Assembly: GCA_016931415.1 (NCBI GenBank)
Contig: JAFGEW010000099.1
Location: 18,522-82,521 of the forward strand
Reading direction: 5' to 3'
Length of the DNA: 64,000 bases
DNA from: Verrucomicrobiota bacterium
Lineage (GTDB): Bacteria > Auribacterota > JABMQX01 > JAFGEW01
Shown: positions 18,237-26,890 of the stretch, piece after piece
Layout: the number at the start of each line of letters is the position of its first letter
How positions within the stretch are numbered: position 1 is the first letter of the stretch
Notes under the pieces: generated by a model
Database searches by the model: none
Seen by the model: only the letters and a program-made list of their open reading frames with translations
Told to the model about the DNA's origin: nothing
Position numbers and translations under genes: made by a program

Positions 18237-19450
18237 TGGAGCGGGCGCGACAGATCCTGCACGTGGACATGGACGCGTTCTTCGTGTCGGTCGAGGAGCT
18301 GGCCAACCCGTCGCTCGTCGGCAAGCCGGTCGTCGTAGGCGGCGATCCCGACGGGCGGGGCGTGGTGGCGGCGGCCTCGTACGCGGCGCGCAAGTACGGC
18401 ATCCACTCGGCCATGCCGCTGCGGACGGCCAAGCGGCTGTGTCCGCACGCGATCTTTCTGCACTCGGACCTGCAGAACTACTCCGCGTGGTCGCAGCGCA
18501 TCTATAGGGTATTTGAGCAGTTCACGCCCGATGTGCAGGCCGTCTCGATCGACGAGGCGTACCTCGACATCACCGGCACCGAGCGGCTCTTCGGGCCGGG
18601 TGTGGCGGCCGCCGAGCGGGTCAAGCTCGCCGTCAAGCAGCAGGTGGGGCTCAACGCATCGGTCGGATTGGCGACGAACAAGCTCGTCGCAAAGGTGTCC
18701 TCGGAGCTGGCGAAACCGAACGGGCTGTGTGCGGTGTTTCCGGGGGGCGAGGCGGCGTTTCTCGCGCCGCTCAAGATCGAGCGGCTGCCCGGTGTCGGCG
18801 CGGCGACGACCGAGCGGCTCCGCGTGCTCGGCGTGCGTCGCATCGGCCAGCTCGCCCGTCTCGACCCCGGGCTGCTCGAGCGCGCATTCGGCTCGACGGG
18901 CCTCTGGCTCCATGAGCGCGCGAACGGCCTCGAGCCGAGCCCGATCGAGACGCGCGGCCTGCCCAAGTCGGTCAGTCGCGAGACGACCTTCGACGAGGAC
19001 ACCGCCGATGTCGAGCTGATGCACCGGACGCTGTTCCGGCTCGTCGAGCGCGTTGGCCGCGCGCTGCGCAAGGAGAAGCTCCAGGCCAAGACGATCACGC
19101 TCAAGCTGCGCTACAGCGATTTCTCGACCATCACCCGCTCGATCACGGTCCGCGAAGGCACCGACCTCGACGCGGTCATCTACGAGCACGTCAAGGCCCT
19201 GTTCGACAAGGCCTACACCCGCCGCGGCCGCGTCCGCCTCCTCGGCGCCGGCACGTCCAACTTCGTCTCCGCCGCCTGGCAGCAGCCGCTCCTCGCCAAC
19301 GACCTCGACGTGACCAAACTCAAGAGCCTGTACAAAGCCATCGACAAGGTGCGCAACCGCTTCGGCACGGATGCGCTACACGTTGGGAAGGAGGAAAGGG
19401 ACGATGGGGAACAAGAGCAGGGGAATGAACCTGAGATGCTCACAGACTGA
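18237..19450 (+). CDS. dinB: DNA polymerase IV (Y-family translesion polymerase)
   Basis: ILHVDMDAFFVSVEE, the catalytic motif I. SIDEAYLD is also present. The little-finger region is followed by an acidic C-terminal tail. Confidence 0.85.
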
Positions 19451-19490
19451 TACGGATGGAGACTCCTCGGCCCACATGTGCTTGTCAAGG

Positions 19491-19519
19491 TTGTCCGTCA
19501 GGCGGGGGTGTGGTAAGTT
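19491..19519 (+). promoter_or_regulatory. sigma70-like promoter (TTGTCC-17nt-TAAGTT) upstream of small ORF
   Basis: Hexamers at 19491-19496 and 19514-19519 with a 17-nt spacer. It lies about 40 bp upstream of the 19557 ATG. Confidence 0.3.
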
Positions 19520-19556
19520 CTGTGGGCGAAGCGACGATGAATGACTGAGCGGAGGA

Positions 19557-19772
19557 GTGACGATGGCTGTCCGGGTGAAGTCTTTCAAGCGCACGGAGTT
19601 CATTGAGATCGGGAGGGACCGCTTCGACGACGCGGTGTCGCAGGCCCTGACGGCGATCGGTGCGGAGAATATCATCTCCGTGCTACCGCTCAACTACGAG
19701 CACATCGACATCGCCACCGAGAAGATCGTGACCGACTTCGGGGTGATCGTGGTCTACAAGACGGCCGATTAG
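19557..19772 (+). CDS. small hypothetical protein (71 aa), possibly dodecin-like fold
   Basis: RBS GGAGGAGTG. A beta-alpha-beta-beta pattern is suggested by EFIEIGRDRFDDAVSQAL..IATEKIVTDFGVIVVYK. Similarity to dodecin is weak. Confidence 0.4.
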   Translation: MTMAVRVKSFKRTEFIEIGRDRFDDAVSQALTAIGAENIISVLPLNYEHIDIATEKIVTDFGVIVVYKTAD

Positions 19773-19951
19773 GGGCGAGCGCTTGCCCCCTGCCCCATTG
19801 TGTCACGATTGTGCGTAGGGGCTGTCGCCTCTGCGGGGCCCCCGGCTTTTTCCCTGTCGAGGACCCCGGGCTATCGTCTTGGGCGAGTGTCTGCCGGGCG
19901 CAGGTGCCCTTGGCAGGCCGTCGGTTGTTATCTCCCTCCAGAGCTTCCATG

Positions 19952-20179
19952 CTATGCCAGTCTGTCTTTGATCCGGTTCCACCGGGCGAGGACTTCCCAC
20001 TCCCCCTTCTCGCGCCAGCGGGCATAGGCGGGGTGTTCCGGCACAAGGCGCCCTAGTTGGGCGAGGGCGAAGAGCATCCGGAGCCGCCCCGACATGTTGA
20101 GCTTGGCCTTCTCCGCGAGGCTGTTCCTGAGCATGGCGTTCCAGGCCTTGATGCTGCGAGGCGGCAATCCCTTGTCCAT
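19952..20179 (-). pseudogene. possible IS5-family transposase C-terminal remnant
   Basis: The 75-aa ORF reads IKAWNAMLRNSLAEKAKLNMSGRLRMLFALAQLGRL. This resembles the conserved C-terminus of IS5/DDE_Tnp_1 transposases (..FAWLNRFRRLSKDYE..AMIYLAMIRLML). No upstream DDE region is present. Confidence 0.25.
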
Positions 20180-20192
20180 TGCGTGCTCCGGG

Positions 20193-21266
20193 CTATTCGT
20201 TCGTCAGCTTGACGAGGACGTCGAGTTTGGCGCGGGCGGCGCCGGACGTGATGGCGTCGGTCGCGGCCATGATGCCGTCGGCGATGTCGCCGGTGAGGCC
20301 CGCGGCGGCGATGGCGGCGCCGGCGTTGAGGACGACCGCGTCGAAGTGCGGACCGCGCTTGCCATCGAGAACCTCGCGCGCGATGCGGGCGTTCTCATCG
20401 GGCTCGCCGCCGGCAAGGTCCTGGGTGCGGACGCGCTTGAGGCCGAAGAGCTCGGGCTCGATAATGTAGGACTCGATATGGCCGTTGCGCAGCTCGGCGA
20501 CGTGGGTCGGGCCGGTCAGCGAGATCTCGTCCTGGCCGTCCTTGCCGTGGGCGACGAAAGCGCGCTCGCTGCCGAGGCTGCGGAGTACGGCGGCGAGGGT
20601 CTCGCAGAGGCGGCCGTCGTAGACGCCGAGAAGCTGGGCGGTGGCGCCGGCGGGATTGGTCAGTGGCCCGAGGATGTTGAACACCGTGCGGATGCCGATC
20701 TCGCGGCGCGGGCCGATGGCATGCTTCATTGCCGTGTGGAGCATGGGCGCGAAGAGGAACGCGATGCCGATCTCGCTCAAGCAGCGCTCGACGGTCTCGA
20801 CGGGCGCTTCGATGTTGACGCCGAGCGCCTTGAGCACGTCGGCGCTGCCGCACTTGCTCGAGACCGAGCGGTTGCCGTGCTTGGCGACCGTGGCGCCGGC
20901 GCCGGCGGCGACGAGCGCGGCAACGGTCGAGATATTGAACGTGTGCAGGCCGTCGCCGCCGGTGCCGCAGGTGTCGATGACGGCGTGGGCTCTATGCCCG
21001 TTCGACACGGCTTGTGGCAGCCTTATCGGCGTGACCTTGTCGCGCATAGTAGCGGCGAAACCGGTGATCTCGTCGGTGGTCTCGCCCTTGAGCCGGAGCG
21101 CGGTGAGCAAGCAGCCGATCTGCGCGCCGGTGGCCTCGCCGGACATGATGGCGTCCATGGCGGCCGCGGCCTGCTCGCGCGAGAGGTGCGTGCCCTCGAC
21201 GACGATCCTGATTGCCTCGCGAATGATGGTGTTGGCATCGGCTGACATCGTTGTCTGGTCTCCCAT
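20193..21266 (-). CDS. trpD: anthranilate phosphoribosyltransferase
   Basis: AAMDAIMSGEATGAQIGCLLTALRLKGET motif is present with a C-terminal glycosyltransferase fold. The start is set at an internal ATG (21266 or 21248). The 466-aa track ORF over-extends upstream. Confidence 0.85.
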   Translation of the reverse strand: MGDQTTMSADANTIIREAIRIVVEGTHLSREQAAAAMDAIMSGEATGAQIGCLLTALRLKGETTDEITGFAATMRDKVTPIRLPQAVSNGHRAHAVIDTCGTGGDGLHTFNISTVAALVAAGAGATVAKHGNRSVSSKCGSADVLKALGVNIEAPVETVERCLSEIGIAFLFAPMLHTAMKHAIGPRREIGIRTVFNILGPLTNPAGATAQLLGVYDGRLCETLAAVLRSLGSERAFVAHGKDGQDEISLTGPTHVAELRNGHIESYIIEPELFGLKRVRTQDLAGGEPDENARIAREVLDGKRGPHFDAVVLNAGAAIAAAGLTGDIADGIMAATDAITSGAARAKLDVLVKLTNE

Positions 21267-21373
21267 TGCTGACGGAGGATGCTGTCCATAGATCTCACAG
21301 ATGGTACGCTTTCGATCGCCATCGGTGGGAACCCGTGCAGTCTGTGGCTGAGGCTTCCGTGTCCGGGTTTCTC

Positions 21374-21787
21374 CTATTCGCCCATGGCTTTGATGACGAG
21401 ACGCTTGGGGCGCTGGCCGTCGAACTCGGCGTAGTAGATCTGCTGCCACGGGCCGAGATCGAGCCGGCCGGCGGTGATCGGGACGATCACCTCGTGGTGG
21501 ATAAGGAGGCTCTTGAGGTGCGAATCGCCATTGGTCTCGCCGGTGCGGTGGTGGCGGTAGTCGTCGCGGTACGGGGCGAGACCCTCGAGCCAATCGTCGA
21601 TATCGTCGATCAGGCCGCTTTCGGCGTCGTTGACGTAGACGGCGGCCGTGATGTGCATGGCCGAAACGAGAACCATGCCCTCGCGGATGCCACTCCGCTC
21701 GACGACGCCGGCGACCTCACCGGTGATGTTGATATACTCGCGGTGTTTGCGCGTGTTGAAGGTCAGATACTCAGTGGCGGACTTCAT
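21374..21787 (-). CDS. yjbQ: secondary thiamine-phosphate synthase enzyme / UPF0047 (YjbQ family)
   Basis: 137 aa. [31 protein letters not shown] are the conserved YjbQ family blocks. Confidence 0.8.
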   Translation of the reverse strand: MKSATEYLTFNTRKHREYINITGEVAGVVERSGIREGMVLVSAMHITAAVYVNDAESGLIDDIDDWLEGLAPYRDDYRHHRTGETNGDSHLKSLLIHHEVIVPITAGRLDLGPWQQIYYAEFDGQRPKRLVIKAMGE

Positions 21788-22136
21788 GAGCGCGTTTCAT
21801 CCTTGTCTCCGTATTGCGGGCCGAGTCTACAGAAGCAGGGCGACGGGAGCCACAGGTTTTGCGGGGGCACTCATCCACGCTCCTCGGGGAAGTGGCTGCG
21901 CGAGATGGCTTGCTGCGGTGCAAGTCGTCTCACCGCAGAGACGGGGGCCATACAACGCAGGTGGCCTCATGCAGGCACACGGCGGCACAAACGGCGCAGT
22001 TCCAATCCCTCGGTGCACGACACACGCTGGCCCGTTCTGGCGGCGGGGCGATCAGCTCGAACGGCGACCCGCTGCTGTTGGGCGAGTGTGAGATCGCCAC
22101 GCGCATCATCGACCAGTTCGCGCGCTGCTCTGTCGA

Positions 22137-23504
22137 TTACCACGACCCGGGGCCTAGCGGCAACACCACCGTGAACGTGCTGCCTTCGCCGGCGACGCTC
22201 TCGACTTCGATGCGACCACCGAGGTCCTGAGCCACTTTCCGGGCGATGCACAGGCCGAGGCCGGTGCCGACAGCTTCGTAGAGGCGCGCATTGGCAGCGC
22301 GGTAGAACTCATCGAAAATCTTCGGCTGGTCCTCGGGTGCGATACCGATGCCGGTGTCTTTGACGGCGATGCGGGCTTCATCGCGTCCGTATTCGGCCGT
22401 GACGGTGACGGTCCCCCCCTCGGGCGTGTACTTGACCGCGTTCTGCACAAGCGAGGCAAAGAGCTGCAGGACTTGGTTGCGTGCGCCCGTGATGCTCGGC
22501 AGGTCGGGGTCGATGTCGGCGGTCAAGGTGACCTCCTTGTGCTGCGCGGCCGTCTGGGCTTCCTCGACGACATCGGCGATGAGCGGCCCGAGGGAGATCG
22601 CTTCGGTTTTCTCGGTATCCGCCATTTCCTTGAGCCGGGTCAGGCTGAGCATGTCGTTGATGAGAGCGAGCATGTGTTGCGACTGAACCTCGGCGCGGCT
22701 CACGAGCTCAGCGGTTTTCTCCGTGTCCTCGACGTAGCCGCCGGTCACCAGCTTGAGAACGGTCTGGATCGACGCGAGCGGCGAACGCAGTTGGTGGCTC
22801 ACGAGGCGGAAGAAGGCGTTACGCTCGCGGTCGAGCTCCTCGAGTCTGCAGTGGGCGAGCTCGACTTCGTGGGCGTGCCCTTCGAGCTGACGGCGCGTCT
22901 CGTCGAGTTCGATCTCACGGCGGCGCAAGCGCCGGGCGATACCGCCGACGAGGACTGAGATCGTTACGAAGGTGATCACGATGACGGCTGCGACCGAGAG
23001 CAGGTAGGTGCGGCTCTCCATCGGATCGGCGGCCCCGGGGTCGAGAGCGGACCAGTGCTGAAGCCAGTGATTGGCCTCGGCGACGCCCATGGCGATCAAG
23101 GCGAGGAAGACCCAGGCGGCGTGCACGAGCATCATGCGCAGGCTCACCAGCAGGCCGCAGATCACCAGGTGGAAGACGAAAAACGGCAGAAACGGGCTCG
23201 TCGGCCCGCCGGTGTAGTGCACCCACACGAGCAAAGCGATGAAATCGGTCGCGATCTGGATGTTGATGAAGCGGTAGACGCGCTGCAGGTCGGGGCGACG
23301 GTCAACGGCCCACCGGGTGCCCACCGACAGAACAACGTTGTAGACGGCGACGAAACCGGCCACCAGGAAAAGCGGCACAGCGGGGTAGGCGAGCCTCAGA
23401 AGCCAGGACAGTGCCGCCCCAACTCCCATGAGCAGAACAACAAACCACCGGACCCGTACCAGCCAGCGGGTCCTGTAGATGAGCTCTTCTTCCCGTGGAA
23501 TCAT
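22137..23504 (-). CDS. membrane-bound sensor histidine kinase (6 TM N-domain, HisKA + HATPase_c)
   Basis: Start at ATG 23504 (MIPREEEL). The H-box is FFRLVSHQLRSPL. N, G1 and G2 boxes read QNAVKYT.., DTGIGI and GTGLGL. It is divergent from the hdr operon. Confidence 0.75.
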   Translation of the reverse strand: MIPREEELIYRTRWLVRVRWFVVLLMGVGAALSWLLRLAYPAVPLFLVAGFVAVYNVVLSVGTRWAVDRRPDLQRVYRFINIQIATDFIALLVWVHYTGGPTSPFLPFFVFHLVICGLLVSLRMMLVHAAWVFLALIAMGVAEANHWLQHWSALDPGAADPMESRTYLLSVAAVIVITFVTISVLVGGIARRLRRREIELDETRRQLEGHAHEVELAHCRLEELDRERNAFFRLVSHQLRSPLASIQTVLKLVTGGYVEDTEKTAELVSRAEVQSQHMLALINDMLSLTRLKEMADTEKTEAISLGPLIADVVEEAQTAAQHKEVTLTADIDPDLPSITGARNQVLQLFASLVQNAVKYTPEGGTVTVTAEYGRDEARIAVKDTGIGIAPEDQPKIFDEFYRAANARLYEAVGTGLGLCIARKVAQDLGGRIEVESVAGEGSTFTVVLPLGPGSW

Positions 23505-23920
23505 CGAACGCCCACACCTGATGCTGGAACACAATAGGCGCTGCCCCAACCCATCGACAAGCGGAATATGCCGTCCATCTCCTGCAGTCAGAGCACAGAG
23601 CCTCCTTCTGATGTTGATCTCTGAGGGCAGAGTATTGCGCCCCCCAATGGGCCATTTCCCGACAATAACCACCTGACATGTAGAGAAATGCGCTTGGGGG
23701 CCGGGCAGCCTAGATGAGACTGCGTCGCGTCTAGCGCTCGTTTTGGGGCTATCTGTGGAGATTTCGTGTTGACGCCTGACGCGGATGTGCCATGATAGCT
23801 GTGAAAGAAATCACACAGCCGCCGTTAGAGTTTTCACGCACCTCTAGACGCACAGCAAGATGGCCGCGCACCTGCCGGACGCGGTCGAAGGTGGCTCGGC
23901 AACCTGTTGGGGGGTCTGCC

Positions 23921-24493
23921 ATGTACGCGCCTGCGGTCAACGAAGCTTTCCTTGCCGAAGTGTCCTCACTCCCTGGCGGCGAACGGATTACGCAATGCAT
24001 CCAATGTGGTTCCTGTTCGGGCAGTTGTCCGACGGCGGCCTGGATGGACCATTCGCCACGCCAGATCTTCGCGTTGATCCGGTGCGGGATGCGCGACGAG
24101 GTGCTCAGTTCGAACACGCCGTGGACCTGTGCCTCCTGCTACACGTGCTACGTGCGGTGCCCCAAGGAGATCAAGATCACCGACATCATGTACGCGCTCA
24201 AACGCTTGTCGATCCGGGAGCACAAAGCGAAGCCGGAGACGAAACCCGCCCGCGTGATGGCCGAGGTTTTTGAGGGCTTGGTCAACAAGCACGGGCGCAA
24301 TTCGGAGTTTCATCTGATGCGGCGGCTGTACGGGCGCCCCTCCGCGATCACCAAGGCGCTACGCAATGCCCCGAGCGGCATGAAGCTCAAGCGCCTCGGC
24401 CGGCTGCCGTTCCGGCAGGAGAAGCTGAGCGCCAATGGCCTTATGCAGATGAAGCAGATCACTGACGCCGTCGAGAAGATGGGCGGTCTCTAG
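23921..24493 (+). CDS. hdrC: heterodisulfide reductase subunit C-like (2x[4Fe-4S] ferredoxin)
   Basis: CIQCGSCSGSCP and CASCYTCYVRCP are the HdrC/SdhC-type cluster motifs. About 190 aa. Confidence 0.75.
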   Translation: MYAPAVNEAFLAEVSSLPGGERITQCIQCGSCSGSCPTAAWMDHSPRQIFALIRCGMRDEVLSSNTPWTCASCYTCYVRCPKEIKITDIMYALKRLSIREHKAKPETKPARVMAEVFEGLVNKHGRNSEFHLMRRLYGRPSAITKALRNAPSGMKLKRLGRLPFRQEKLSANGLMQMKQITDAVEKMGGL

Positions 24494-24602
24494 CATCAAG
24501 AGGAATGACAGCACAGGATCAGCGACCCATCTCGGAGGACGGCGGACACCCAGCACGCAGAGCTTGAGACAGAACCCGGTCTTCAGACCGCGGGAGGACG
24601 CC

Positions 24603-25490
24603 ATGGGACTTGCGTACACCTACTACCCCGGATGCTCGGTCGGCGCCACAAGCCGCTGGTACGACATCTCGCTTCGGGCCGTCGCCAAGGCGCTTGACGT
24701 CGAGCTGGCCGAGCTCGAGGACTGGAACTGCTGCGGCGCCACCGCGTACATGAGCGTGCGCGAGCTCATGAGCTTCTGCATCTCGGCGCGCAACCTCGCG
24801 CTGGCCGAGCCGCTCGGCCGCGACATCGTCACCCCCTGCAACGCCTGCTTCACCGTCCTGCACAAGACCAACCGCTACTGGCACGAGGATGAGACCCTTC
24901 GCGGCAAGGTCAACGAGGCGCTCGCTGCTGCGGGCCTCCACTACAAGGGCACGGTCAAGGTGCGTCACGCGCTCGATCCATTCGTCAACGATGTCGGTCT
25001 CGATGCGATCAGTGAGAAGGTCACGAAGCCACTCGCGGGGCTGAAGGTTGCGGCGTACTACGGGTGCCAGCTCGTGCGGCCCGAGACAGGGCTCGACAGC
25101 CCCGACTACCCTGTGATCCTTGACCAGTTGCTCGCCTCGCTTGGGGCCGAGCCAGTGGACTGGGCCATGAAGGCGCGCTGCTGCGGCGCCTCGCTGATCG
25201 TGAGCCGCGAGGACGTCGCACGCGACCTGATCGCCGACATCCTCAAGTGCGCGGCCGACGCCGGGGCCGAGGCGATCACCACGCTCTGTCCGATGTGCCA
25301 CATCAACCTCGAAACGCAGATGGCCCGTATCAACAAGGACTACGGGTTTGATCTCAACTTCCCCGTGCTGTTCTTCACGCAGTTGATGGGAGTCGCGCTT
25401 GGTGTCGACGAGACCGAACTGGGTCTTGACAAGGGCTTCATCGACGCCCGCCCGCTCCTGACGCGCCACGGCATCGGGGCCAGGGCATAA
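24603..25490 (+). CDS. hdrB: heterodisulfide reductase subunit B-like (two CCG cysteine-rich domains)
   Basis: GGGAGG RBS. YYPGCS..NCCG and YYGCQ..RCCG are two CCG domains typical of the HdrB/GlpC/HdrD catalytic subunit. Confidence 0.8.
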   Translation: MGLAYTYYPGCSVGATSRWYDISLRAVAKALDVELAELEDWNCCGATAYMSVRELMSFCISARNLALAEPLGRDIVTPCNACFTVLHKTNRYWHEDETLRGKVNEALAAAGLHYKGTVKVRHALDPFVNDVGLDAISEKVTKPLAGLKVAAYYGCQLVRPETGLDSPDYPVILDQLLASLGAEPVDWAMKARCCGASLIVSREDVARDLIADILKCAADAGAEAITTLCPMCHINLETQMARINKDYGFDLNFPVLFFTQLMGVALGVDETELGLDKGFIDARPLLTRHGIGARA

Positions 25491-25508
25491 CACGGAGGGA
25501 CCCGTGCG

Positions 25509-26396
25509 ATGACTGACAAACCGGCCTGCCGCATCGGATGCTACATCTGCCATTGCGGCACCAACATCGCGCAGATGGTTGACGTCGCGGCCGTCGCGAA
25601 GTTCGCCGAGGGGGAGGCCAACGTCGTCGTGGCCCGGCACTACAAGTACATGTGCTCGGACCCGGGCCAGGAGATGATCGTCAACGACATCAAGGAGCAG
25701 AAGCTCGACCGGATCGTGGTGGCCTCCTGCTCGCCGCGCATGCACGAGCCGACGTTCCAGGGCGCGTGCCAGCGGGCGGGGCTGAACAAGTACCTGTTCG
25801 AGATGGCCAACATCCGCGAGCACTGCGCGTGGGTGCACGAGGAGCGCGCGGTGGCCACGGAGAAGGCCAAGGCGCTCGTGCGCGCGGCGTTGCGGCGGGT
25901 GGCGTTCCACGAGCCGCTCGAGGACCGCGTTGTGCCGATCCATCCGGACGCCGTGGTCATCGGTGGCGGGATCGCGGGGATCACGGCGGCGCTCAACATC
26001 GCCGACGGCGGTTCGAAGGTCTACCTCGTCGAGCGCGACCCGTCGATTGGCGGTCACATGGGCCAGTTCGACAAGACGTTCCCGACGCTCGATTGCTCGG
26101 CGTGCATCCTGACGCCCAAGATGACGTCGGTGGGCCAGCACCCGAACATCGAGTTGCTCACGTGCGCCGAGGTGACGAACGTCGACGGCTACATTGGCGC
26201 CTTCAAGGTCAAGATCAACAAGAAGGCGCGCTACGTTGACGTCGAGAAGTGTACGGGGTGTGGGGTGTGTTGGACCCTGTGCCCGTCGCGGGCCACACCG
26301 CGGCGCAAGACGATCCGGATCAAGACCAAGTTCGGCGACCAGCTCGTAAGGAGTGCGACGAATGGCAACGGAAGCCGCTCTGAAGACGGACATTGA
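25509..26396 (+). CDS. hdrA: HdrA N-terminal fragment: MvhD-like N-domain + FAD (TrxR-like) domain part 1 + first Cys motif of the inserted ferredoxin domain
   Basis: The CYICHCGTNI, YMCSDPGQ and EMANIREH HdrA N-domain blocks are present. The FAD-binding motif is VVIGGGIAGITAA and LDCSACILTPKM follows. CTGCGVCWTLCP is the first cluster motif. The reading frame then ends, 35 nt inside the next gene. Confidence 0.7.
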   Translation: MTDKPACRIGCYICHCGTNIAQMVDVAAVAKFAEGEANVVVARHYKYMCSDPGQEMIVNDIKEQKLDRIVVASCSPRMHEPTFQGACQRAGLNKYLFEMANIREHCAWVHEERAVATEKAKALVRAALRRVAFHEPLEDRVVPIHPDAVVIGGGIAGITAALNIADGGSKVYLVERDPSIGGHMGQFDKTFPTLDCSACILTPKMTSVGQHPNIELLTCAEVTNVDGYIGAFKVKINKKARYVDVEKCTGCGVCWTLCPSRATPRRKTIRIKTKFGDQLVRSATNGNGSRSEDGH

Positions 26397-26844
26397 TCTG
26401 GCGCCGGCCGAGGCGCTCATTGCCGCGTACATGGACAACCGTGAGGCGACCATTGCCTTGCTCCAGGACGTCCAGAAGCACTACGGCTACCTGCCTCGCC
26501 CGGTGCTCGAGCTGATCTCCGAGCGCCTGAACCTGCCGCACACGCAACTCTTCGCGCTCGCGACGTTCTACCGGGCGTTCAGCCTCAAGCCGCGCGGCCG
26601 CCACCTGATCAACGTCTGCACAGGCACGACGTGCCACGTACGCGGCGCCCCGATGTTGCTCGAGGCCATTGAGCGCGAGTGCAAATGCAAGGCCGGCGGG
26701 ACGACGGCCGACGGCCGGTTTACGATCGAGACGGTGAACTGCGTTGGCGCCTGCGCTTTGGCCCCTGTCATCGTCATTGACGAGGAGGCGCACGGCCGCC
26801 TGACCCAGGCCAAGCTCAAGAAGGTGCTCGACCAGTACAAGTAG
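26362..26844 (+). CDS. NuoE/HoxE/HydC-like thioredoxin-fold [2Fe-2S] subunit
   Basis: AAGGAG RBS 8 nt upstream. Cysteine pattern is C-x4-C...C-x3-C (NVCTGTTCHVRG ... VNCVGACALAP), typical of the 24-kDa NuoE family. Confidence 0.8.
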   Translation: MATEAALKTDIDLAPAEALIAAYMDNREATIALLQDVQKHYGYLPRPVLELISERLNLPHTQLFALATFYRAFSLKPRGRHLINVCTGTTCHVRGAPMLLEAIERECKCKAGGTTADGRFTIETVNCVGACALAPVIVIDEEAHGRLTQAKLKKVLDQYK

Positions 26845-26890
26845 CCGACCCGACGTTGGCGAGCGCAGTCGAAGCGAGGGAGAGACCACG

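Noticed and set aside
20094-21322. Plus-strand ORFs 20094..21245 (383 aa) and 20641..21291 overlapping trpD
   Set aside because: trpD on the minus strand has the conserved AMDAIMSGEATGAQIGCLLTALRLKGET block. The plus-strand ORFs are antisense.
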